The notes under the pieces: generated by a model | The model's input: the letters and a program-made list of their open reading frames with translations, nothing else | The model's database searches: none | Told to the model about the DNA's origin: nothing | Source of the DNA: Bugula neritina | Lineage: Eukaryota > Animalia > Bryozoa | Length of the DNA stretch: 64,000 nucleotides | Direction: 5' to 3' | Assembly: GCA_964035545.1 (NCBI GenBank) | Contig: OZ037767.1 | Location: 21,158,628-21,222,627 of the forward strand | Program-made: the position numbers and the translations under genes | Part shown: positions 18,312 through 32,700 of the stretch, in pieces | Layout: every line of letters begins with the position of its first letter | How positions within the stretch are numbered: the stretch's first letter is position 1

Positions 18312-21300
18312 ATGGAACTGCTGTGCTCTGAAACCAACCGAATACAGAGAGCCTATAAAGACCGGGTATTTCTACAAGACAGTGTGTTGCAGCAGCACCT
18401 CAAACTAGAGAAGTTCTGCCAGATCCCTGCTAAGCATTTAGATCAACAAGAAGACATCAAACCATTCATGAGACGTGTTGTGGCTCAGTGGATGTTTGAG
18501 GTATGTACACAACATCCCTGCAGTACCTTTAGTTGTGTTCATTCACTAATTCGATCTTAAATGTTGTCAATTTTATTTCCAAGTTATCTGATAGGAATAT
18601 AATACATATGCCTGAAATGCATTTATGTGGGATAGTGAAGATATTTAATAGCCCAAGTTCTTTTGTTTTTATTGATAAACTTTGTATTGGAGCGCTACAA
18701 AGAGACAGGCTTTTTAGTTTCTCCATTTCCGGTTTTATCCTTATACCATCTATATAACATTTAGGAGCAGTGAAGATATTGAGATAGCCTAAGTTCTTTA
18801 ATTTTATTATCAAATTTTGGATTGGGGCATGGGTTGAAATTCTCCGGAGAAAATATAAGTTCTTATGCTACATTTCTAATCTTAAACATGGGCTTTTCTC
18901 AATTTCTCCATTACTGCACCTATCTCAAGAAGTTATGTTTTTACAATTATTGAAACGCTATTTGTGCTTTAGAAATAAGTTATTTAATTTTAATTTAAGA
19001 TTCTGCAAGAAAATTTTAGGCTATTTTATTTCACTGTAGCTTCAAATCTAATAAGTTGTCTGCCGGACAATTAATAAATTTGTGAGTACATATATCAATA
19101 AGATGTTACCCAGTGCATTTGAGCAATCTAAACACTACCAGAATTTCGAACTAACTTTCAACATGGCAGTAGAAAGCATATTTTCTGTCTAACTTTTTCT
19201 AAGTTACCCTGCGGTATAATTATTACTGGTTACTATACTGTATAACTGACACTAAGTCACTATACTGTATAACTGACACTAAGTCACTATACTGTATAAC
19301 TGTCACTAAGTCACTATACTGTATAACTGACACTAAGTCACTATACTGTATAACTGACACTAAGTCACTATACTGTATAACTGTCACTAAGTCACTATAC
19401 TGTATAACTGACACTAAGTCACTATACTGTATAACTGACACTAAGTCACTATACTGTATAACTGTCACTAAGTCACTATACTGTATAACTGACACTAAGT
19501 CACTATACTGTATAACTGACACTAAGTCACTATACTGTATAACTGTCACTAAGTCACTATACTGTATAACTGTCACTAAGTCACTATACTGTATAAGTAA
19601 CACTAAGTCACTATACTGTATAACTGACACTAAGTCACTATACTGTATAACTGACACTAAGTCACTATACTGTATAACTAACACTAAGTCACTATACTGT
19701 ATAACTAACACTAAGTCACTATACTGTATAACTGTCACTGGTTACTCTGCTGTATATAACTGACACTAATGATTACTCTACTGTATAACTGACACTCAAC
19801 TGTTATTTAAGTGTCCGAAATCACCACTATTATTTGTCCTGGTTTTATACAAATGTCATCTTATGATTATGTAATAATTTACACCAGCAAACCTCCCACT
19901 GTTCAGTAAATGATGTGTTATACATAATACTGCATCATCTCTGCTCCTCTAACCACTGGTTGTGTTTGCTTTGTGATAAACCTACTGTTGACTACTAGTT
20001 GACTGCTACTCAGTATGAGATGGTCTTGCAGTGGTAGGAGTGGTTGTAGAATCAGCTCTAATCTCGAGGTTTAAAATAAAACTCCCAGGACTGTTGAGTT
20101 AGCACTTGATCACAAATAGCTAATTAAAAGTGTAGTGTACTGCATGTTGTATGAACACTAGCAGGAAGTGCTAAAAGTAAGTGTGGTCAGACAATAATAA
20201 CTCTCTTATGTAATGTTAATTACTAATTGAGCCTCAGGGTCATCCCATAGACACATTTTGCCGTAATGTAACAGGAAATGTCAGCCATTTTAAACAGTTA
20301 CAGTACGTCAGGGATAGGCACGGCCTACGTTAAGGCGAAGTGTGTCTAATGGTCACTTAGCTTATAGCACTTTTACTGGTGTCTTTTCACTCACCAGTTC
20401 GTAATTATTCATTTCAGTTGATTACTCCAACTGAAGAGTAGATAACTTTCCAATTGCAGCAGGTAAAAGTCCTGTCACGTGTGGCCCTTAAACAAATGTT
20501 ACTTGCGTCAAATAGAACTGATTTCATGCAGCCAACATGCTGAATAAACTGTGGTGCTGTGGTAGTGAACTTACTAACTAACTAGCTAAATATTATGTGA
20601 CTTTTTGGGTTTTCATTTCTATTTTGAATTAAGAATCCCGAACCAGTGTCAAAATGAAAATTTCATGTGCCAGTTTTCTAACTGGTTAACTGCTATTAAG
20701 CTAGCCCGCTTTTCACTGTTTTTTTTAATAGTTAATTGTGCATTGTTGTGTACCTAATTTTAAAGCGAAATCATTTGAAACATAGTCGATTATTATTTTG
20801 CAATCGCTGAAAAATCTAGACAATTTTCATGTCCCTGAGTTATTTTTCTGCTTTCTTTTTTATTAGCGAATGACTCTCAGTTTATATAATTTTCTTAGGT
20901 TTATGCAAAAATGCTCCCTGACCTGAAATAGTGTTAATTGCACTCGCTGTTGTGATTTTTTCGCCTTTTGATTGGCTGGTTTAACTGAGTGTCTGCGAGA
21001 AATTGATCATGCTCTTTTATGACCTAACAAAATCTGCCGACAGTTTTTCTCTGATTTTGCAATCAAAATCGGCCTGTGTACATGCAGCTTTAGGGAGTAA
21101 GTACTGAAAAATGAAACTGGTCAGTTAAGCTTTGCTCTCGTTGCCTATGTATTGTGTGTGACAGTGCGTCTTCAAATGTGAAAACATGATTCTACATCAC
21201 ATGGGAAGACCTTTAAGACTACTGTGCAATAACATAGTTCTTGGTTTTCTGCATTCTGTACCTAGTAAAGTACACTGGTATTACAGCTAGCGTATGCTCC

Positions 21301-24300
21301 TTTAGGTGTGCGAGGAACAGCAGTGCGAAGAAGAAGTGTTCACCTTATCAATGAACTTTCTAGACCGAGTTCTAGCTGTCACCAAGTCCATAGCGAGGAC
21401 AAATCTTCAGCTATTAGCAACAGCCTGCATGTTTGCTGCCTCCAAATTGAAAGAAACATTGCCTCTGACAGCAGAGAAGTTAGTTTTGTATACAGACAAC
21501 AGCATCACGAGACAGCAACTGCTGGTAGGTGGGCCTCCCATATTCTATCAGCTGTTTGCAGTTCTTAGGCTGTGTAGTAGTTTAGGCTAGCTCTTGGGCT
21601 ATGCAGTATAAACATGCAGAAGCATTCATATAAATGAAATAATACTTGAAATAGTTTAATAATTGAAATCTTAATTGAGTTTCTTTCGAATTAAAATTAG
21701 TAGCCAGGACAGAGTGACGGGAGTAAGTTTAACCCAATGATTAGCTAGGCATTATTAGCTGCTTTCCCAGCTGTTACAAATATAGTCTGTATTTTTAATA
21801 ACTTCTTATAATTGCTGATTGGCCTGAAGCATTTGTTCATAGGCTGACCCCCTCACCTCAACATTATATAGTTAAACTCGGTTAATTAAACTAGCATCTT
21901 CCATGCTATAGTGTTTCATAGTTCATACTAACTTCTACACAATTCTATTATCTTTTTTATACTAACATATATCATCATTTTATTCTATTGTAAATGCCAC
22001 TCTATTTTATCTTATGCATTTGTCTTCTTCAATCTATATTTTATCCTTTGACCCAACTTCATATTTTCATTTCTAACATAATACTTAACAATAGTTGATT
22101 AGTCTTGTAACAAAACGTTCAGTCCAACTGCTTTAGTTCAGCCTAAGCTTGAGACTTATTGGAAGATTTTTACCTTACTCCTAGCATTTATATGTTCATT
22201 ATCAAAATGCTGAATGAAGTTTAATAATAGTTCTATGATAAAGTCTAATACATTATCTGTGCATTTTTAATATTAGAGTTTGGGGTGGGGTTTAAAAGGG
22301 GGGGAGGGGTTTGGGTTTGGAAATCGGGTTTCAGTTTGAGAAAATTTGAAATTAGTGAGCCATTTTTACCTACTTTTCCATTTGTGCCATTTTTATCTAA
22401 AATCACATTATCTAATTAGATAATTGGCAGCCAAACCAGATCTAGTAGTTACACATTACTTGCTGCTACTAACACGTAATACTGAAATGATACTGATGTG
22501 GTTGTTTTGTCAGGACTGGGAGATGCTTGTTTTATCAAAGTTGAAGTTTGACTTGAGCCCTGTCTTAGCCTTTGATTTCTTAGACATATTGCTAGACAGA
22601 TTGAGACTCCCCAAGGAGACCCAAGTCTATCTCAGAGGTCTAGCAGTGTCTTACATCAATATCCTTCCTCTTGGTAAGTAATATAAACTCTTCTTTCAGT
22701 ATTGTTCAGCCAAGGTTTTACAACACACCTATACAAAGTTTTTTAAATGCAAAATTAACATATTATATTAAGATAAACTTGCAATATTAAACTTATGAGA
22801 TTTAACAGATAAAAATTGAACAATTTTATACTGCAAAAATAATTAAGTATTGGCTAAAACGTAATTTACAAGTGTCGTCTTAAAAAAGAAACAGCATGTG
22901 CAACTAAAGTTGATGATAAAATTTTGTTAGCGGACAATATTATAGCGAGTTAAAAATTAAAGTTTAATATAATATGTTCTCTATAATATTGCTGTGATTT
23001 AACTTTAACATAAATTTATATTGCTATAATATCATAGATTAATATATGCATGCTGCATTCAAGAGTGGCAGATGGCAAACTGGTGACCCTGTAACAAGGT
23101 GCTTTCTCTGGGCATACTATAGTGATTACTATTAGTATTATTTACTAGACATGCATGTTATTGATGAGGGCACGCGCCTCCTTGTGTCATTATCTGCTGA
23201 AGGCTCATCAAATCACTCACTTGCAATCCACCTGTTGAACATCATCTATGAATAGCATAAAGAGAAATTGTGGTCACCATGTTTGGAAATTTTTCAAGAG
23301 CTTAATATCCATCAGCCTTCATTTTGTATACAAAGAAAATCCTGTAAACATGCATTTTTCTCAGCTGCTTAATAATAGACTGTGATTCCTTAGAATTTGT
23401 TTACAAATGATTGGAAGAACTGCACTTGGTTCTCAGCAAACAATATTCAACTATTAATGAGTAAGGAAAATATTAGCTAAATCTAACTCATTGTCTTGGT
23501 AACAAAAAGAGACGCTTTGCCCCTCAATACAGTGCCAGCTAATAATAGTTTTGGCGCAAGTCCAGGCTTGGAAGCTACTAATTTCATTCAATTCTAGCCT
23601 ATGTTTCAATACCGAATAATAGCTTTTAAGGAGCTGGTCAAGTGGCCTTGGTATCTGTTATTATAATAGCCTTTAAACTATGAAGCTTTTGGGAGGTTTA
23701 GCTGCTCTGTGGTTGATAGGCATGTGGCGCGACCAACAGCGTGGGTATAGCTAAGTATACTGAGTATCAACTTTAATAGCATTGTAAACAAACACCAACA
23801 GATGATGTTAAATAGATTAGAGTTGCTTGGAGTGAACATTTCTATAATGCTTAGAAATTATTTACATCCGCAGTTTATGGGGAGATCAGAGAGTGAATTT
23901 ACCAGTAGCCTAAGACGGCCAGTATGAGAAATATCCTGGTTATCAGAGGTTATTATGTCATTTAAAAGTCTTCATACTAGGTGTGACTATTCACATTAAA
24001 TATATCATATTATTATTAAATTTTTATGGCATGTTTAAAAAATTGTTGAAAAACAAGGTTCAAATGAGAATAAGCAGAAATTTGTATAAACATTTTCAGT
24101 TTGGCCAGTGAACTGCTAGCTCTAAAGCTTAGCGGAAGATCTTAAAAACTGAGTCTTTATGTGAAACTTTTCTCAGAGCATCAAACCTCACACCAATAGA
24201 ATATTTCCTTTGACAACATATTGTTGGTGGGTCATGGGAATTGTCAGTTTTTGATGCTTAAACTTTGATTGGCTGTCCAACTCCAAGCTAGTATTTAGAA

Positions 24301-26015
24301 ATCAAGCTGAATTTTCAACAGTTATTTTGAACACATGCAGCAAAGCCTAGCTAACCCAAGCAGGATATACCACTGGTTATCTCCACTTTGTTCTTACCAT
24401 ACTAAACTCCCACTATATACTATACAGAGTTTATACAAGCTGGCACAAATACAAAGAAACAGAGAGTTCGTATATTATGGAAAGTTTCATTGTCATTACT
24501 GGGAAGCCAACAGAAATGTTGTCTAAGTTTTGTTTCTTTGGTGAAATTATACACCAGTAATATAAGACTGTTGACTTTTGGGCTAACATAAAAGATAAAC
24601 ATTTGATGTTTTACAAACAGACTGTAGAAAGAAATGTTTTTGAATTTAGCCTTAGCATCTAAGTAGCCAGATTTTAGTCAATGCTCTTAGTTCTAGACCT
24701 ATATAAAATGAGTAAGGGTTTTGTTGGGAGAATTGTTGCACTGCATTCATACAAGTATTTAGACAAGCAACTTCCAGCTGCATCCCATAACTAGTGTATG
24801 GAGAATAATATTCTAGAATATTGCACTTTTGTACTTAGTTCTAGACCTATATAAATGATTAACCCCATGCAGAGAACATAAGATGGAAGTTTCTAAGTGA
24901 CATGTGCCACCCGGTGGTTCTGTAATAGCCTGCACAGTGTGTGGTATCAAAGTGGCATTATTATGTAACTCTTAAATAAGTAACTGCAAGCTGAATTTTA
25001 ATTAAATATTCCAGTCAACTGCAAGGCAAGCTTTAGGTCATATTACGATCATTACTAGTTGGTGATTTAGCAGTAGGTATTGTAACAAGTCCTATCTGCA
25101 ACAACTAATATTGTAATGAAGCCTACTTCCAGCAGACATTTATTACATATTGATAAAATATCTTCACCTATTACACCATAGGTAGTGTACATCCTCAACC
25201 TCCGTGATACATCATGTATTTTTCACTGAAGTTTATAGTTTAAAATGTCTTGTAAGAAACATTCTTTTTTAATTGCAGATGAGAAATGTGTAGTCTATTC
25301 ACCGTCTGTCATAGCATCAACTTGTTTATGCGCTAGTGTTGAAAAGATCACCAATGGTTGGAGGGCAGCACTGTATAGTAGAATACTAAAGGACCTCATA
25401 GGTGCTGACATGGTGAGTAGTTGTTCTCTCTTGATTTACCTGCCTGCACTGCTTTTTGGGCTCAAAGCTAGTTTTTGGCCTAGTTGAGAGAACATTGAAG
25501 CTAAGTTGGTTTAGTTGACATGACAGAATTTACTGTTTAGCAAGTATTTTAGAAACTCTTACTCATGCAAGTTTATCTTCGCCATCCCTGCTAGAAACCC
25601 CTTTTTTGGTAAATCGGGTTAAGCACTTATTCAGATGGGACACAGGAGTAATTATGACTGGATGCTCTTCCTAGCATCACCAATGGCCTTTGTCAGGGTT
25701 CAAACCTATGACTGTGTTAACCAAGCAAGTGCTCTAACCCCTAGGGCCTAGACCAATGCTGCTCAAGAAAATCTTACTAAAATATCCTTTTGAATTTGTT
25801 TCTCATCTCAATGGTTTTTGTTTTCTATTAATTCCCTTTTCATTCTCCTGGTATTAGTTTCCTATATCATATCTCTGTAGGAACAACTGGTTGAGTGCAC
25901 TGAGCGTGTTAAACAGCAATTGTGCGATAAAGACAGTAAAGAATCTAGTAAAGACCCTCCAAAACCCGTTCACCCCGGCACACCTACTGATGTACTGGAC
26001 ATTTCAGTCAACTAG
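18312..26015 (+). CDS. CycD: G1/S cyclin D, ~278 aa
   Basis: Exons 18312-18500, 21306-21524, 22514-22673, 25279-25412, 25881-26015. N-terminal Rb-binding LxCxE (MELLCSE), cyclin box [31 protein letters not shown]-terminal TPTDV phosphodegron. Confidence 0.96.
19225..19795. repeat. 27-bp minisatellite (~19 copies), cyclin D intron 1
   Basis: Unit GTCACTATACTGTATAACTGACACTAA. Confidence 0.96.
25620..25755 (-). mobile_element. tRNA-derived SINE in cyclin D intron 4
   Basis: Minus strand has A-box-like GGCCCTAGGGGTTAGAGC, B-box-like GGTTTGAACCC, then a non-tRNA body (TAGGAAGAGCATCCAGTC). Confidence 0.6.
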
Positions 26016-26585
26016 TCTTACTCTGATGTGAGTCACTGTAACAGTCTGGGAAGAAACAGTTATTTAGGGCTGCAAGTTATTTAACTTAGCTGACACTTTA
26101 CATCATGAGACATTTGGGTATTTATTGAACCCTTTGACCTTTTATTATTTGAGGAGTTTTAACATTTTACCAAAGCATTTCATTACAACACTTGACCAAA
26201 GACATTATTGTAATCAGCACTATATTAACAAATAATGCAATCAGAGATTTTTACTTCACCGGTCTGTCAGTATAACAGTATTTTTATATACATATGTTTT
26301 AAAATTAAGTGAGAGTATATCCATGATTGTTAGCCACATATTTAGCTTTCTATATATATTTTTTTTCTGTAAATGTCTACAGCTATTGTAAGCTTTAATT
26401 GGGCGGTTTTTATTATAAATTAGCAATGTACCTATGCAATAACATTTTTATAGCACTGAGTCCAGGTGCAATACCATGTCTTTGAGAATTATATCTCTAG
26501 CCAATGCAATAATTATTATAATGGTAACTTATAATTTTATACTTATTATATATATTTATTGTTTTAGGAATGCTGTATTATGAGA

Positions 26586-26636
26586 AATAAATTATAGTAT
26601 AACACAAAACTATTTAATCTTTAATGGGCATTTATT
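26586..26636. terminator. Facing polyadenylation signals of cyclin D (+) and GTF3C1 (-)
   Basis: AATAAA at 26586-26591 on +; TTTATT at 26631-26636 reads AATAAA on -. Confidence 0.6.
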
Positions 26637-26730
26637 TACAAAAATATATATACTATTTACTGTAATACCAAGTCCCTGATTTACACGAGAACACAAATCC
26701 ACAATTATAGCCTTAACCCTTTAGCATAAA

Positions 26731-29700
26731 TTATGTAGTAGAGGGGAAAACTCCATGATTCTGTTTGGTATTAAGTATGAACAAGGAGAGTCTCTGCATA
26801 GACTGATGGGTTGCTGTGTAGTGGGCCTGAAAGTCGGGACGTAGAGGCTTGTCTGACACAATATATGTTGTTCGCTTAGAAAACAGGCCAAGTCTGCCTT
26901 GCATTTCCGCTCCAATATATTCACATGTCACACAGTGAAGGTCTTGCAGTATCTACATGTAATATATACACATAGTATCTACATAATATAGTATATACAC
27001 CTAGCATCTACACATGGTATCTACACCTAGCATCTACACATGGTATCTACACATGGTATGTACACATATTATCTACACATGATATCTACACATAGTATCT
27101 ACACATAGTATCTACATATAGCATATTATGTGGTATCTACACCTGGTATCTACAAATGGTATCTACAAATGGTATCTACACATGGTATCTATACATGGTA
27201 TCTACACATGGTATCTATACATGGTATCTACACATGGTATCTACACATGGCGTCTACACATGGTATCTACACATGGTATCTACATATGGCATCTACACAT
27301 GGTATCTACACATGGTATCTGCACATGGTATCTACACATGGTATCTACATATGGCATCTACACATGGTATCTACACATGGTATCTACACATGGTATCTAC
27401 ACATGGTATCTAGTATCTACACATGGTATCTAGTATCTACACATGGTATCTACACATACTCCATACACTCAACATTTCCACAGTTTTCACATATTCAAGA
27501 AGTGTATAACATGATATGACTTTCTTACTTCCAGCAGGTCCAGCAAGGCTACAGGAGAGTATACCATCGAGAAGAGCTCGTGTAGAGCAGAAAACTGAAT
27601 GGACTGGTTTTTGTTGATTGTAGAAAGCAAGGAAGTCAGCAGGGTATACAGTACAGGGTAGTTGATAGTGCCTTCAGTAGTAAGCCATGGTTTGGGAATT
27701 ATGTCCACCTGACACAAAGTGTGTTTTAAAGTTTAGATTATGCACAGGTATTGATATAAAAAAAAAAATTGACTTTCCAGCTCACCGAGACACTTTTCAC
27801 ATGCCAGATTTTTAGAGTATTAATAGGAGCGCAATTTCAAAATTTACAAAAAGTCATGCATGTGTACAGTGAGTTATAATGAAACATACATACGCATGAT
27901 TCATTGTATGTATGTGTATGATGCGTCATGTGTATAAGTACAATGAGTCATGCATACAATGAGTCACACATCAACTGATTTCAAAATCTGAAAGTTACAT
28001 TTGAATGAGATTAAAATAACACAAAACTGAATAACAATCTACTGTTTGTAGGCCGAAAATCAACCTCTATTATCAACTAAAATTCATGCACACTGCTATC
28101 ACTAGTCAAAATGAGCTTCTATCTAATTAAAAGAGAAGTGCAATGAGGACAAGGTGACCAGCCGACTAATTCGATTCAGCTATCATAATGAGTCAAGTTC
28201 AATTCTTTTACAGACAGTATGTGCAATAAAGCAGCCTACGTGTGCACACTTGGTGAAGAACTCACTCTGTGATATGTTGTGGACGGTTTAGGTGAATCCT
28301 GGACAAGACTAGCATTTGTCTCCAACAAATTATCGGCAGCAGATGGACTGCTGTCACTCGGTTTCTCTAATCGTACTTCGTCAGCTGCAGTTAGGTTAAC
28401 TCCACTACCCCTGCCTGCCAAACATGATATTGTGGTCATTATCATGTAAGAATTGTTCCCCAAGTTGACATGCCCACTGAGACCACTGAACACACCCACT
28501 AAAACTACTCAACGCGCCACTAAACATACTAGACATGCACATTAAGACTATAAACACGCCTTCAAGAAAGTACCTTGACGCATCAGCTATAGTGTAAAGT
28601 AAGTTCATGGCAATGCATTTAAAAATTTGAATAAATGAATGTTTTATTTAGCCAACAACCAACTGCAACTATAAGCCTATGTACAATACCAGATAAAGAA
28701 AAACTTTAGACCATAAACAAGTCCAACTGACCTTTAGTGTCTCGTAAAGAATGCACGACCCACATTCGCCTGTGAGCGTATGCAACGTATGTATGTGTGG
28801 CTATGCCTACACGCAAGACCAAATATCTTTCGGTTAACATGTTCACATAACCCTCTAGCTTACTGGGACTAGCTGTCAAATCTTGCAGGTCTTTTTGGCT
28901 GAGACCAGAATTGCCACTAGGCATGCTCAGAGCAGAGTACAAGGCAGAGAAAGAGATGCCTGCCATGCCAACACCGTCAATACTACAGCACAGAGATAAA
29001 CAAACATGTTGATATTCTGTTGACTCGCACAGTGTCACTGTGCAGCATATTACCATAGTTCAACTGATGTAGGAATGATTGAGCACATGGTGATGTCACT
29101 ATTGTCTCGCTAAAAGTGTGATGATGCACGTGAGAACTCACATTGAGAAAATCTTCTTCAACATCTGAATATCTGGTTGAGGCAGGACAAGTTCCAGCTC
29201 ACTGAACACTTTTTCTGTGTCCACATCATAGGGAATGGAGGACATCAAAGACCGCATGTACTGACGGTCTTCCTTCTTGGAAACTTTCAACTCATCTGCA
29301 TAGATAAAGAGATCAACAGTACCTACCAGATACATTATCTGCTAATAGTGTGTAGACAATAGTACCTACCAGATACATTATCTGCTAACAGTTTATAGAT
29401 GACAGTACCTACCAGGTAAATTGTCTGACAATAGTTTAGCTTTTATAGTACAAGGCTTGATCTGACAATGCTCAAATTTCATCATTTCTGATTTTTTGGA
29501 AAGAAGGGGAGAATCGTCTGCCAAATCTTCGTCATCATTATCCTCCTCGTCATCTAAATCAACAAACAAAAACAATTAGAAAACCGGCTGAAGAAACCTG
29601 ATCAAACATTGCAACTTCACTGGATGTTGATTAATGGAATCAAGTAAATGTATATTATTGGCTATTTAGTTATTACTGCCTGCTGATTGGCTGAACAAGA

Positions 29701-32700
29701 GCTCAACTATACCTGACTGGTTAACATTGCTAGTATCCAGAACTTTCTCTGGCAAAAAGAATTTGATGTCAAGAGCTCCTGGAAAGGCAAGAGACAAAAA
29801 CGTCATCAATTGACCTCTCCAGTCCTTAGCACTTGCATACTCCAAGTGTTCATCTTGGCTCTCAGAAAGATCATGATACGCATCACCGCAGGATACGAAT
29901 GTCTCTAAAGATATGACCTGGAGTCGGTCACAAAAAAGTTTGTACCTGGAGAACAAAAAATACACTCTGGATCGAAGCATACAGCTAGAATTTAGCTAAT
30001 AAAGATCAGGTCTACATTTGGTACAAGTACAAAGTGAGGGTGATATGGGGCTGCCACACTACAGTTGACCTCTGTGACGTCACAACTGTCTGATTTCTGA
30101 ACGCAACTGTCAGTTCGACATGTCAAACGCTCAACTTCAGCGTTCAGCTATCAGCCAATCACTGACTGGCCAGGTAAGCCCTGATTGGTTACGTGCGTTT
30201 ACTTATTCCACGTCCTACTAGCCAGCATTATTATTTGATTTGGTTCTTCGAAAATTATATTATTTTACTTGACATCATCTATGATGAAGTTATATATGCA
30301 CATCTTAATAAAGATTAACTATGAAAATAAATATTTAGCAGATAAATTTGGCTAAATTTTATCAGCATATTAAGTTCTTTATGCTATCGAAAGCGATAGT
30401 ATAAAGCTAGTAAATCTCATTAAATGAAGCTAGTAATTTTGAATAAGTGAAGCTAGTAAATTAAGGTAAAAATAAATAGCAAATCTTATTGAATTATGCT
30501 AGTAAATCTCAATAAATTGCGCTAAATTTGATTTTTGGTTCCTGTGAATACAGCAGAAACTAAGCTACAAGATTCTTATTGGTTAAAAGTTTACTGCGGG
30601 GCTAGAGACAGTTAGCTTTCATCATTTGTAGTGAACTGTAGTGTGACCAGCAAAAAGTAGGAAGTGACGTTGAAGGTATGCGCGAGCAGCTCCAAAATGG
30701 CCGTCACAGTCGAGTTTCGACTGTAGTGTGTCATGCCCAATACAATGGGAGACATTTAACCTTGACCTTCAGGTAGCTAACTATACTGCAATGATCTCTC
30801 CATGAGACAATGACATTCACAACTAAATTTCTGGAAATATAGAGATGGGGAGAAAAAGGAAGTGAGCTGAGCATACCTGTATGTGAGTCCAAACATTCTC
30901 ATTGGTCCTTGATTTTTGTTCTTTTTGATATTAACGACTTTGTTATCCTGGAGAGTGGAGAAGGCGCTGTTGGCTATACTATTCGGGTACTGCTCAAACA
31001 CCTGCCAATCACAGTCATAGCATGTTCAAACACCTGCCAGTCATGGTCATAGCATATTCAAACACCTGCCAATCACAGTCATAGCATATTCAAACACCTG
31101 CCAACCACAGTCATAGCATGTTCAAACACCTGCCAATCATGGTCATAGCATATTCAAACACCTGCCAATCACAGTCATAGCATATTCAAACACCTGCCAA
31201 TCATAGTCATAGCATATTCAAACACCTGCCAACCACAGTCATAGCATATTCAAACACCTGCCAACCACAGTCATAGCATGTTCAAACACCTGCCAATCAT
31301 GGTCAGAGCATAGATATAGCATATTCAGTAAACACATCTAGTGTCAACACATCTCTAGGATATGCACACTTCACATCAGAGGTTAAGCCAACAGGGGCCG
31401 TCTTGTCTAGACTAGAGTTACCTTGTGAATTTGGTACTTCCTGTTGATCTTGTCGTTGATGAGTAAGAAAGATGTAGCAAAGTTGCTCAAAGTGTATCTG
31501 GCGACATCAGCGTCAGAGGTAGGGTGTCCCCAGGTGACCTGTTGACAGCAGATTTATTCTATCATATAATAAAATGCATCATAATATATCACCGGGTGTC
31601 ATAAGACAATAAAGTGTATAGAAAGATATGTAGCGCATCACCATATGATACAGTGTACTTTAATATGATACGGTGTATCATAATAATCATAATATAATAA
31701 ATGGACTGGCAAAATAAAATATGATGTATCTTGAAACAACACAGTGTATTGAAATATAAAACAGGGATTTGTAATATAATACAGTGTATCGTAATACAAT
31801 ATTATAAACTGCAATATAATACCGATAATTGCATTATAACAAAGTGCAATTTGATATGACACAATAAACTTATTGTAACAATATGCAGTATATCGTAATA
31901 TAATCCAGTGTATCGTAATATAATATAATGTACTATAGTACAATATAACATAACATAATTAAAATAATATAACACAATAAATATAAGATACTATGTAATA
32001 ATAAAATACAACTTTGTAATATATATTATAATTAAAATAAGATAATATATTATAAAGTAAAGCAATATAATATGAATAAATATAAGATAATTTAGGATAA
32101 TTAAACATAATACAATATAAATAAATATAAGACAATATAGTATAATATTAAAACACAGATAAACAAACTGACCACTATGGGAGGCATGACTTGGTGATTG
32201 TGTGTGTGTCCTGTGACTACCATTGGCTGATCTTTTGTTTCAGTTACTTGAATGAGGTTGTATTTAGACATCAATGCATTAACATCTGCCATAGTAGAAA
32301 GATCAACGTAGACCTCATTGTCAAAAGCATTCTCACACCTCTTTAATACAAGCTCCATCAGTCTAGCATACGTCTCTGCCAATACATCTGTGCATGTAAA
32401 GGGCTCTTGATCCTTGAAGCTGGCTATTTCCTGCAAAGACACCACAACTATGCATTAGTCACGTCACAACCCAATTCAAATAGCCGACATTCTATAACTT
32501 TAAATAAAAAAACATTTTGTGCTATACTGCATCTATAATATAATATTTACAAACCGGGTCATTCATTGCTATGGAAGTATAGAGATGCAGTGTTCGGTCT
32601 TTCTGTCCAAACTTGACAAGGCGAGACATACGTGCCCAACATGCAACTGAGGACTTGTCTTTGGAAACCGAAAAATGGCGGTGAAGAAAATCTCTGACAA

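Noticed and set aside
19223-19738. 171-aa (VIQYSDLVS)n ORF
   Set aside because: 27-bp minisatellite, stop-free in one frame by chance; intronic and antisense
25680-25755. Possible tRNA gene
   Set aside because: Degenerate A/B boxes, no convincing cloverleaf, non-tRNA tail; treated as a SINE
30994-31312. CRISPR-like 32-bp repeat array
   Set aside because: Head-to-tail units with no unique spacers, no cas genes, eukaryotic intron
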